DNA of 45,007 bases, from positions 1 through 45,007 of the forward strand of contig JBKDOZ010000070.1 in NCBI GenBank assembly GCA_046342735.1. Direction: 5' to 3'. A program made the translations under genes and the position numbers. Each line of letters opens with the position of its first letter. The first letter of the stretch is position 1. The notes under the pieces were generated by a model that worked only from the letters and a program-made list of their open reading frames with translations, was not told the DNA's origin and searched no databases. Source of the DNA: Synechococcaceae cyanobacterium (GTDB lineage Bacteria > Cyanobacteriota > Cyanobacteriia > PCC-6307 > Cyanobiaceae). This document shows, piece after piece, positions 17,401 through 29,400 of the stretch.

Positions 17401-20400
17401 CACCTGGGCGGGCGAGGTGAGTTGCGCCAGCGCCGTGGTGCCCGCATAGGTCACGCCGTTGCCATCGCTGACGCTGGGGCCATCGGAGCCGGTGGTGGGT
17501 GCGCTGGCCTGGCTCAGGGCATTGGCCACCGACGTGGCGCCGGTGGCCAGGGCATAGCCGGTGCCGATGGTGCCGCTGAAGCTGCCCACGCTTTGGGTGC
17601 TGCTGCTCTGCAACAAGGCAGTGCTGAGGCTGGCGGTGCTGGCGATGTAGTCGAGAGCCACCGTGCTGGAGCTGGCGGCCGTGAGGCTGGGCAGCTGGCT
17701 GGCCTCAAGCACCAGGAAGTTATCGATGCCGAAGGAACCCGTATCGGACACATCGCTGCTCAGCGTCAGGGTGAGGGATGTGACCCCCACCGGGATGGCG
17801 AGCACGACATCAAACGTCTGCTCGTTGTACTCCGCACTCCCGTAGTGGTTGGCGTAGTCGCCGCGCGGCAGAAAGGCATAGGGCAGCGTGCTGTTCACGC
17901 CGTTGATCGTGAGGCTGCTGCTGCTGCTGCTGCTGCTCAGATTTGCCAGCGATGCGGCTGTGACCGTTGCCGGGGCCGACGAGGAGAAGGTCGGGCTGGC
18001 GATGGTGGTGGACGCGCTGCCGGAGCCATTCACGTCCGACACCGAGACGCTGAACTGGTTGTTCTGCCACTGTTCCAGGTGGAAAAAGTTGAACACCACG
18101 TAGGCGCCGTAGCCATGGAACGTCAGATCGGTCTGCACGCCCTCGCCAGGGTCCACAGGTCCCAGGAAGCTGCTGTAGTAAGCCCCGCTCTCCATCTCTA
18201 AGGGGATGGACTGCGTCGACGTGTCCACAGCCACCCAGCCGTTTGTGCTGGCAGGGGTGTTGAAGCCGTTGGCGGTGCTGGTGTTGGTGCCGCCCAGCAG
18301 GAAGGGCTCCAGGCCCAGTTGGCTGCCGTAGGCCACGGCCGAACCGCCGCTGGCGGTGGGGTAGCTGGTGGTGGCCAGGGTGCTGTTGGTGGCCCAGGCA
18401 GGGGTGCTCACCTGGGTGCCGTTTTCGGTGCTCGGCGTGCCGTCGAAGCTGCGCAGCCCCTGAATGGTGAAGGCGCTGGAGCCGTTGCTGGCCGATCCCG
18501 TGCTGGCCAGACCCACCGTCCAGGTGGCGGGGCCCGGGGCACCGCCGAGGGGTTCGGCGTCGCTGACGCTGGCCTGCAGCATCAGCGCGGGGCTGGCGCC
18601 GGGGGTCAGCACCAGGTTCTGGCTGAGGTTGGTGGCCGTTAGGGCCGACCCGGTCTGGGTGTACTGAACCGAAGCGGAATCGATCCGCGTGCCGGTCCAC
18701 TCGCTGAAGCTGCCGGCGCTGTTGGCCACACCTGCATAGGCGCCGCCGCCGCTGGCATCGGCCAGCAGGCCCGCGCCGCCACTCAGCGTGGGGGCCAGCG
18801 GCAGCCCATAGACCGACACCGACTGCACCCCATAGGCCGCGGTGGAGCTGGGCACCGCCAGGTTGCTGCCGAAGCCCAGGCTGAGGTTGGTGACGCCGGT
18901 GGGCACGCTGATGCTCAGCAGGAAGCCCTGGCCATTGCTGGCGCTGGCCGGCGGACCCTCCTCGCTAATCGGCGTCACGACCCAGGCGTAGCCATTGGTG
19001 CTGCCGCTGATCGTGCTCGTGTAGGTGGTGTCGGAGTTGAGGAGGAAGCTGGCAATCTCGCTGCCGTTGATGTAGGTGCTCAGGCTCTGCCCGCTCCAGC
19101 CACTGCCCAGGCGCAGCAGCTCGGTGGTGATCAGCCCGCCGTTGCCGGCGAGGGTGTACGTGCCGCTCACCTCCGGTCCGTTCCCCGTTGTGCTGGCCTC
19201 GGCCAGGGGCCCCAGGTAGCCGCCCCAGGCGGTGCTGCTGGTGGTTCCGCCCACCACGGGCGCGGCGCTGCCATCGGCCAGCAGCCAGCCGTCGTTGTTG
19301 CTGGTGAACAGGGTCTGATCCAGCAGCAGCAGTTGTTGCTGCTGGCCATCGAACCGCTCCCAGGCCACCAGGGTGTTGAGATCACGGCCCGAGGGGGTGA
19401 GGGTCATGTCGGCCACCACCTCGGCCTGGTTGCGTACCCCGCTCCACACCTTCAGCTCGCGCACGGCACTGATCAGGCCGCTGCTGGTGGTGGGAGCCAG
19501 GCCCACACTCGCCGACCAGAGCTGCTCGGGGAGCGAGGCCCCCAGATTGCCGCTGCCGATCGCCACCCCGTTGCCATAGAGAGTCACCGCGCCCGTGGCC
19601 TCCACCACCGCTGCCAGGTGGGTCCAGGTGTTGGCCACCAGGCTGGTGTCGCTGAGGACCAAGCTGCCCGCTGCGCCGCTGATCTGGGCCTGGCCGGCGG
19701 CGTTGATCTGCAGCGCCAGGGTGTTGTCCCCCAGGTTGAGCACATCGGTGCTGGTGCCGCCCTGGCTCACCATCACCCAGGCCTCGATCGTGAGGGCGCC
19801 GCCGAGCTGCATCGCTGGCAGATTGGCCACGCTGCCGGTGGGGTTGCCGCTCAGCGCCAGGGCCCCGGTGGGGCTGGTGGTGGTGCTGGTGAGGTTGTAC
19901 AGGTTGGCCAGGGCTTGGCTCTGCCCTTCGATCGCCATCCCCCGAAGCGGTCCGCTGCTGGGCATCCACAGCTGATTGTTGGTCAGGGCCCAGGGGTTGG
20001 CGACCGGTGTGCTGCTGCTCACCCCATTGAGCAGCTGGTTGCGCCGCACGTTGGTGATGCTTGTGGCGTAGAGCGGCAACAGGCCGGTGCTGGCCAGCAC
20101 CGCCGCCACCTGGCTGTCGCTGTAGTCCTCCCAGCGCTGGCTGGCGGCGGGCTGGCTGCTGCCGGTGCCGGCCCAGTTGATCGCGCTGAGCTCGAAGTCG
20201 GTGCCGGGGATCAGGTACTCGCGGATCTGGCCCGCCGTGGGGTTGTAAAAGCCGTCCTGCACCAGGGTGAGGTCGTAGGTGAGCCACTCCTGCCCCCCCG
20301 TTACCTCCGAGGTGCCGACCAAAGTGGTGGTGGTGGTGGTGATCGGTGTGGTCACGGTGGTGACCGTCAGGCCCACCAGGGCGTCACCCGCCGGCCCGGT

Positions 20401-23400
20401 GGCGCTGGTGAGATTCACCACGCTGCCGCCCGACAGCAGCTGGAACCGCGTGCTGCTCAGCACCTGCACGCCGTAGGGCGTGGCGGCAGACGGATCGGTG
20501 GTGTTGGTGGTGATCAGGCCGGCGCGGCCGGCGGTCTGGTTGGCGTTGCTGCTCTGGTAGTAGAGGGTGTCGCCGGTGCTGAGGCCATGGGGCAGGGGCC
20601 TGCCACCGGCCCCCACCAGGGTGAAGGTTTCCCCGCTGCTGTCCACCACCAGGTGTACGTCGCCGCTGAAGGGCAGGATCTGGTTGTCCAGGGCGGTGCC
20701 GCTGGCCACACTGATCGGTTGCTGCACCGGCAAGAGCAGGGGTGCCGGCCCCGGCTGCCAGCTGGCACGGGTGCTGTCGGCATTGAGCTGGATCTGGGCG
20801 GCCTCCAGGCTGAGGTCGCCCGCAGCGTCCACGCTGCCCGCCCCTTGCACCGCCAGGGTGTTGCCGGCGCTGAGCTGCAGGGAGCCACCCGCCACCAGCT
20901 CCCCGCTGATCGTGAGGTCGCCGCCCACCGCCAGCTCGGTTCCGGCCGGGCTGAGCAGGGTGAGGTAGCCCGCCAGATTGAGGTTGCCGCTCTGGGGAAG
21001 GCTCAGCTGGTTGGTGGTAAGGGCCGCCCGGCGCAGGCCCGTGACGCTGCTGCCGATGCTGAACGTGCTGCTGGTGGGGGTGCTGAAGCTGGCCTTGGCG
21101 CTCACCACGGCCGCTTCGCCGAGGATTTGCAGGTCACCGGCGCTGGTGCTGGCGCTCAGGCTCTCTGCCTGGAGGTCGCCGCTGATGCTGAGGCTGCTGC
21201 CCTGCAGGCTGATCTGGCTGCCGCTGCCCGCCAGCAGGGGCGTGAGGGTGCCGAGCAGGCCGCTGGCGGAATCCGACGGGGGCGTCTCCAGGGTGAGGGG
21301 TGTCAGGCCGGCGGTGGCCACGGTCGTGCCGAGCGTGGAACCGGCGGGCAGGGCGGCCAGCTGCAGGTGGTCGGCGTCGGTACGCAGCACCGCGTAGGCC
21401 GCGCCCTGTTGCAGGGGGATGAGGGTGCCCTCCCGCACCCCATGCACCACCACCTGCATGCCGTCGGCCAGTCCGTGGTTGGGCAGCGTGAAGGTGCCGG
21501 TGGCGCCGTCCAGGCTGCCGCTGGGCAGGGCAATCGTGAGCGAGGCCAGGCTGGTGGCCGGCAGGTCAGTGCCGTTCAGGCGGGCGGCAAGGATCGATCC
21601 GTTGAGGTTGAGGGCTCCCTGGGGGGCGCTGATCTGCACCTCCGGCGCACGGATCGCCCCGCCGGCGATCAGGGTCTGGGGGAGACCGCCGTACACCGAG
21701 GTGGTGGCACCGCTGGCATCCACCGTGTAGCCGAGCCGATCCACCGTCTGGGATCCGTTGGCGGCACTGGTGGCGTAGAGCTCAGCCGCCGTGCTGATGC
21801 CGCCGGTGCTGGAGCTGAGCACGAGGGACGTGGCCGCCTGGATGGGAGCGCTCGATTGCAGCGATCCCTCCGCCAGAAGCTGGATGGTGCTGGCGCTGGC
21901 CAGGGCCGCAGCCTGGGTGAGGCTGCCGCTGGCGGTATAGGACTGGGGTCCCTCCAGGCCCGTGAGGCTGGCCCCGGGCAGCAGCGCCAGGGAGCCATCG
22001 CTGCCGCTGCTGCCCGTGCTGCTGATCGTCACCGGCAGGGGGGCGGCGCTGGCGAGCACACCACCGAGCTGAACGCTCCCGGCCGTGATCGTGAGGCTGT
22101 CGCCGGCGGCGGTGCTGCCCTGCAGGCTGATCTCTCCCCCGCTGCCGAGCGTGAAGCCGGTGCCGGCGCTGGCGCTGAGTGCGGCCACCTCCAGCACCAG
22201 CTCCTCGCCACCGCTGGCCACGGCGATGCCATCGGCGGCCTGCAGCTGCAGGCTGGCCCCGGGGGCCGCCAGGCTCTGGGCGCTGGTGGGATTGAGGCTG
22301 AGGGAGCCGCTGGTGGAGCTGTAGAGCAGATGGCTCAGCAGGGGGGCGGCACTGGCGGTCACCAGGGCGGCCACGGTGAGGTCGCCCGCCTGGCTGATCG
22401 ACACGTTGGCCGTGCTGCCGGTGAGGTTGAGGGCAGCGCTCAGGCCGGTGCCGCCGTTCACGCCGGGGCCGGCGTTCGGCACCAGGGTGAGGGCCGAGAC
22501 GTCCACGCCGCCGTTGAGCACCACCTGGGCGGCGCTGCCGGGCTGGAGGGTCCAGGTGATGGCGCCAGCGGGAGCGGTGCTGCGCACCCCACCGCCCCAT
22601 TGCAGGGAGCTGAACGGCTGGGCGGCTGAGCCCACCGCCAGGTTGGCGCTGGCCGCGCTCACCAACACGGTGGCGGGGATCACGGCGTCGAGGCTGCCGC
22701 TGGTCTGGGGCCAGCCCAGCTGGGCCAGGCCATGGCTGAGGCCGGCGTTGAGGCTCAGGCCGAGGGCGGGGTTGAGCAGGGTGCCGGTGGGGGGCACGAG
22801 GGTGAAGCGCAGGAAGTCGCTGCGGGAATCGAGCAGCGGGATCTCGCTGCCGCTGAGGCCGGCGGCCTGGGCGGCGCTGGTGATCTCTTGATTGAGGGCC
22901 GTAATCAGGTTGGCGAAGCTGGCGGTGGTACCGCTGGCGCTGCCGGCGGGGAGGAGCGAGCCAGCGGGCACAGACACCAGCAACGGCACCACGGCCTGGG
23001 GCCCGGTGGTCACGGCCAGGGCCAGGGTGAGGGGCTGGGCCAGGGAGCCTGCCATCACCTCCTGGTAGGGGGCCTCGGGTGCTTCCACCGCCAGGCCGGC
23101 TGGGTCGGCGCTGAGGGTGAGGGTGTCGGCGTTGAGCTGCAGGCTCGTGCTGCTGCTGGCGTTGCCCGTGCTGCCGCCGCCGCTGGCTGGACCCTGGTTG
23201 GAGGGATCGGGGCCGAGGCGTAGCTGGGCGGCAGGGGTGAGCTGCAGGGTGGCGCCCTGGGCGGTGGCGCTGATGGTCAGGCTGTCGCGGGCCACCAGGT
23301 CGTGCAGCAGCACAGGTGACTGCGGGGCGTTCAGCACCACGTTGGGGGCGGCCGTCCAGGCCCCGGTGCTGGTGGTGAAGTCGCTGCCGTTGATCTGGCC

Positions 23401-26400
23401 GCCGAGCACGAGCGCATCGCTGGCGGTGTTGGTCACGTTCAGCGAGAGCGTGGCCGAGGCGTTGGGGTTGAGGCGGATGTCGTTGGCCGAGGGCGATGCC
23501 CCATGGGCGCCTTGTGCCAACGTGCCGCCGGCCACCAGCAGGCCCGCGCTGAACAGGCCGTCGCCGCTCTCCAGGCCCGTGGAGCTCAACTCCATGGCAC
23601 CGCCGCTCACCAGCCCGGCGCCGGCGGCCAGGACCAGGCTGCTCGCGGTGGCCTCGATGGCGCCGCCCACCAGAGCGCTGCCGCCGATCCCCAGATCCCC
23701 CTGGGCGGAGAGGTTGAGATTGCCGCCCACCTGAGTGCTGCCGTTGAGCACCAGATCACCGGCGGCGCTGAAAGCGCTGGCGGCGTCGCTGCTGCTGGTC
23801 AAGGTGGATTCGCTGGTGCTGCGCAGGGAACCGGCGCTGGCGTTCCAGGTGACGTTGGTTGCCGTCAGGTCGCCGAGCAGCCACAGGCCCTCACCGCTGG
23901 CACTGCTGCTGAATTGGGCAGGGCCGGCCAGGCTGATGGAGCCCAGCAGGGGCAGCAGCTGGCTGGAGCTGAGCTGCAGGCCACCGGGATCCCCCAGTTG
24001 CAGGCTGCCGGCCAGGATCAGGTTGGTGGTCTGCTCGCCGTTGCTGGTCGTGCCATCGATCAGCGCCGCGGCCACGCCGGCGGCCTCCAATTGGGCCACC
24101 TGAGCTGCGCTGAGGTAGGCACTGATGGTGAGGCTGGCGGTGCCGGGATTGAGCTGGGTGGCAATCGAACTGTTGAGCACTCCCTGCCACACCAGGCCAT
24201 TTCCGCCCAGGCTGAGCTGGGAGGCGGCGCCGCCCTGCACGTTGATCAGGGCGCCATCGGCGGCGCTGAACAGGCCGCCGGCATGGAGGCTCACAGGCGC
24301 GCTGCCGGTGCCGGGCCTGAGCACCGGGCTGCCGGCCAGCAGGTTGAGATTGCCGGTGGTGGACACACTCAGGGCACCCGTGCCCGTCAGCCCAGCCACG
24401 GTGATCGTTCCGGTGCTGTCGGTGGCGGTGTCGAGGTTGAGGTCCTGGCTGCTGCCCAGGCCGTTGCTGAGGTAGAGGTCGCCGCCGAGGGAACCGGAGA
24501 GGTTGCCCACGGCCGTGAGCAGGGGCGCGGCGGCGCTGCCGGCACCCGCCAACCCGTTGAACACCAGAGAGGCGGCGCTGATCACCGACGCCGTGCCGAG
24601 CACCGCCTCCGGGGCATCGCCGCTCAGCCACACCACGCCACCGGGGGCCGAGAGGCCCACCAGCTCCACTCCAGCACCCACCAGGCCGACGGCCATCACG
24701 GCGCCGCTGGCGGTGCCCGGCGCCAGGCTGGCGCTGAGCTGGGTCACCTGCACCAGCCCGTCGCTGCTCTCCAGACCGCCACCCACCAGCACTGGGGAGA
24801 CAGCGGTGCCAAAGGCGGTGGCCTGCAGGTTGATCGTCGTGGCCTGCAGGTTGAGGCTGCCGTCACCGATGGCGGTGGCGTTGCGTCCGGCATCCACCAG
24901 GGCGCCGTCGCTGGTGATCGTGATCGTGTCGGCGGCCAGCACCGCCCCGAGGGGCAGCTCGCCGCTGCTGCTCACCGACACCGAGCCGCTGCTGCTGATG
25001 TTGAGGCTGGCGGTGTTGGTGAGGGCCACCTGCAGCGGGCTCTGGCTGCTGCCCACATCGCCGCCGCTGCTCACCAGCTCCACGGGGCCCAGATTGTTGA
25101 CGATCCCCCCGCCACCGGCAGCCTGCTGCAGATCGGCCGCTTCCAGGCTCACCAGGCCCTGGGCGTTGAGGCTGCTGAGGCTGAGGCTGCCGGGGGTGGC
25201 CAGGCGCACACCGCCACCGGCGTTCACGCTGAGGTTGCCGCTGAGCTCGACGCCCACGGGGGTCTGCAGCTGCAGGGTCACCGCCAGCACGGTGTTGAGG
25301 TCGGTGACCAGGGACTGGGGCGCCAGGCTGGCCGGCAGGTTGGTCGTTGTCACCGTGGCGTCGACGCTGCCCGCGCTCATCGCCTGCCAGAGGCTGGCAT
25401 CGCTGAAGTCGGTGAGCAGCAGATCAAGGGTCGCCGGGGCACCCCCATAGGTCACGTATCCCTGGTAGGCCGGGGTCTGGGCCAGCACCACCTCGCCGCT
25501 GCTGAGGTTGGCGCGGGTGTCCATCACCAGGGTGCCGGTGGCCACCATCTCGCTGCCGTTGGCCGTGGTGAACTGCTCGCCGCTGGTGCCCGTCTGAAGC
25601 TGCCAGAGGGGTTGGCCCTGGCTGTCGGTGGCGTTGAAGTTCACCTGGCTCAGATCGATCACCTCGGACGATCCGAGATAGCTGTAAATCGGCCCCTGGC
25701 CGGCCACCGCGCCAGGCACGAGGGGGAGGAACAGGCTGGCATCGCTGAAATCGGGGGCGGTGCCGGTGGCCAGCGGTGTGCTGCCGATGTACTGCAGCAC
25801 CTCGTACACCACGCCGATGATCTCGGAGGGGGCGACGCTGCTCAGCAGTTGCGCCTCGGCCGTGGAGAGGCTGTTGTAATCACCACCCGGAATCGCGATC
25901 GTCTGGGTGGTGCTGGTGCGACCCACATCACCCGCGGTGGTGATGGTGAGATTGGTGGCATTGATGGCGGTGGCACCGCTGCCGACGGCCACTGGTGCCG
26001 GCGGGATGGCGGCCGCCTGGGCGGGGAATAGCTCCAGATAGACGGCGCGATCGAGGGGGTAGTAATAGGTGTTGGTGCCGATCACCCGCTGGCTGATGTA
26101 GGCCTGCTGCTGGGCCTGGGGCCGTTGGTACACAAATGTCGGGTCGTACATGCCGGCCCCGGTCTGTTGTTCCACCGTCGCCAGGGCGCTCTGGTAAGCG
26201 GAGATCGCCGTGCTCACCCAGCCTGCATCGGTGAGCTGCTGCACCTGGGCGGGGGTGAACACGAAGGTGCCGCCACCGGCGAAGGGATCAGGATCGGCGG
26301 TCCACGTTCCATCCTGGTTTTGGGTGGCGTTGCGGTATTGAATCCAGTAGTTGTAGTAGTCGGAGGCGTCCTGGTTGGCCATCTCCTGATAGGCCGCATT

Positions 26401-29400
26401 CAGTGCCGCTTGGCCCGTGATGCTGAAGGCCGCATCCTGCGCTGCCAGGGCGGTTTCATTGAGCGGATTCACCACCAGCCCGGTGGCGTCGAGCAGTCGG
26501 CCGGCGCTCACCGTGAGCGCCACATCGCCGCCGGTGCTGATGGCATTGGCGCCGCTGAAACCGGTGGGGAGAACCAACGCCATGTCGCCGCTGGCCTGGC
26601 TGAGGCCGATCGAGCCGTTGCCCGCCAGCTGCACCGCCACACCCCCCTGGGTGCCCGTGTTCCCGCTGGCGATGGCGAGCGGATCGGCGGCGCTGCCCAG
26701 GCTGCCGCTGCCCAGGCTGATTTGCAGCAGGTTGGCGCTCATGAACGCAGCAGGGCCCGCCGGCTGCAGGCTCAGATCAACCCCGCCGCTGGAGGTGAGC
26801 AGCAGGCTGCCTCCCGCCGCCAGGGCTGGCGCGCCAGCAGCGCCGGGTTGGAGCTGCAGGGTGGGTGTGCCGCTGCTGGTGTTCACCATCCCTACGGTGA
26901 GATCGCCACCGGCCTGGGCCGAAAGTGCGAGGGTGGCCCCATCGGTGGAGGACCCCAGGCCGAGGGCGATGTCGGCGGCGGCGCTGAAGGCCAGGGAGGC
27001 GCCATCGCTGAACAGCAGCTGCGGGGCGCTGATGGCTCCGCTGCTCGAGCTCACGCTCAACTCTGTGGTGGCGTTGAGGCCACCGCTCAGCAGCACGCTG
27101 CCCACGGAGTCGACACTGATCGAGCCGGCGCCATTGCCGCCCTGCAGGAACCCCACCGTGATCGGCCAGTCGGCCTTCATGGCGTAGGAGTAGTAGTTCT
27201 GCAGGCCGCTGATCGTGGTGGTCTGGGTGATGTAGCTCTTTCTCTGCAGCCAACCGCCCCCGGTCGTCCAGTTCTCCACGGTTTGGCTGCTGCCATTGCT
27301 CGCCTGGCTGTAGGTGAGCGCCAGGCCCGTATCGCTGCCAGCACTGCCAGCACTCCAGCTCAGGCCGCTGGCCAGATTGATTGGGGGTGCGGGTTGCAAT
27401 GCCTGGTATTCCAGCAGTGGAGCCCCCTGCACATTCTGAATGGTTTGGCTGCTGTATTGGGCGTTTTTGGCCAGGCTGTTCATCTCCCAGCCGAAGAGAT
27501 TGAAAGAGTTCTTGTCGTATTGAGTGACTGTCGTTTCGGTCGACTGCTGGCCGTTGGTCCAGGTGTAGGTGAGGCCCGCCGTGGGGTTGTAAAGCACGCT
27601 GGTGATCGTGTTGCCGGCGGCGGTGGTGGTGGGCGTAGGGGTGGTGCTGCTGCTTGATTGGAAGGTGTATGGATTGCCGTTGGTGATGCTCTGGCCGGCG
27701 GTGAGCGTAGAGATCGCCGTTGAGATCGAACCATCGGCGCTGTAGGTGTAGACCGTCTGGGTGGCGGCGGTCTGGGGGATCAGGGCGATCGGCTGCGTGC
27801 TGGTCCAGGCGCTGTAGGTGAGAGCCGTCGCGGGCGCGCTGGGCAGGGCCAGCTGCAGGCTCTCGGGGTCGCTGGTGGTGATCACCAGGTAGGTGGTGCC
27901 CGAGTTCAACCCGGTCACCGGTGAGGCGCTGCTGATGACGTAAGTGTCGGTGGCGGGATCGAGAACGACGCTGTTGGTGTAGCTCACCTGCACCTGATCG
28001 CCGTTGCTGAGGCCGTGGGGATAGGCAAAGGTGAGGGTGCCGCTGGTGCTGGTGCCCGTTGTGGTGTCCACTTGGGTGGGCACCAGATTCAGCTGCGGCG
28101 CATCCACGATCGTCACCGTGCCATTGGCCGGGCTCATGTCGATTTCGCCCAGCTGCAGGGTCCAGCCGCTGGCGTTGGTGAAGCTGTAGCTGGGCTGGCC
28201 GGCCAGGGCGAGCACCTCACCGTTGCCGGTGCTCAGAATCTGGCCGGTCAGCAGAATGTCACCACCGCTGCTGGGAATGTTGTCGAGGCTGATGGTCTGG
28301 GTGGCGGCATTCACATAGCCCTGCAGGGGCAGGGCGGTGCCGGTGCTGCTGCTGAAGCTGATGCCGGCGATCGGGTTGCCGCTGGCATCGATCAGGCTGC
28401 CGGAGTTGCTGGGGGCGAAGCTGGCTGCCACCTCCATGCTGATGTCTGGCAGGCCGGCCTGGATCAGGCCGTTGATGTCGAGATAGAGGGCATCGATGCT
28501 GATCATCCCCCGCGACAGGATGGTGCCGCTGGTGCTGGCGCCGGCCTGGGCCTCCAGCTGGCTGTTGCTGAGGATCAGCGAGGAAGGGGTGTTGGTGTAG
28601 GTGCCGCTGCTGGTGGTGGAGGCGTCGTACACCTGGGACTGCAAGGTATTGGCATCCACGGCTGTGTTGGGGTCGAAGCCGGTGTGGAACCATGTGTCGC
28701 TGTCGAGGCTGAAGGTACCGGCGGAGGTGATCGTCACCGGATCGCCATTGATCGTGCCGAACACCTCGATGCTTCCCACCGTGTTGGTGAGCGTCACCGA
28801 GCCGGTGGGGTTGTTGATCGTGCCCACCACATACAGATCCGGGGATAGCGGTGGCGTGGGTGCACCGGGCAATACCACCGTTTCCAGAGCGTTCTGGCCG
28901 ATGGTGATGCTGCTTTCGGCCGCCGGGATCTGGGCGATTGCCGCGCCGCTGACCCCACCGCCGCCATTCACGTACACCCCGCCCGGGGCATACACCGTGT
29001 ACTGACCCGCCACGCTGGCCACCACCTGGGCATTGCCGATCGCCGCATCACCGAGCGCCAGGATCAGGGGCGCACTGTTGTTCACGCCGATGGTGCTGTT
29101 GGCGTAGGCGCTGAGATTGCTGGCGCTGCTGCCGCTGCTCAGGGTCTGGCCGCCCACGCTCACCTTGCCGCCACTGCCGAGGGCATTGAGGAAGATCGAG
29201 CCGGGGGAGGCGTAAAGATCGGGCAGCTGCAGCACCAGCGCGAACACCTCCTGTTGCACCACGCCCGTGGCATCCATCAGGCCGAGGCTGGTGGCCTGGG
29301 CGGTGATCGCCGCCAGTTCACTGATGTAGCGCGCCTGATCCGCCGGCGAGTTGGCGTACTGGGTGATCAGGGTGTTCAGATTCTGGATCTCGGCGGCCAG

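Noticed and set aside
17914-17937. (AGC)8 as a phase-variation switch
   Set aside because: Triplet slippage keeps the frame and would only change linker length.
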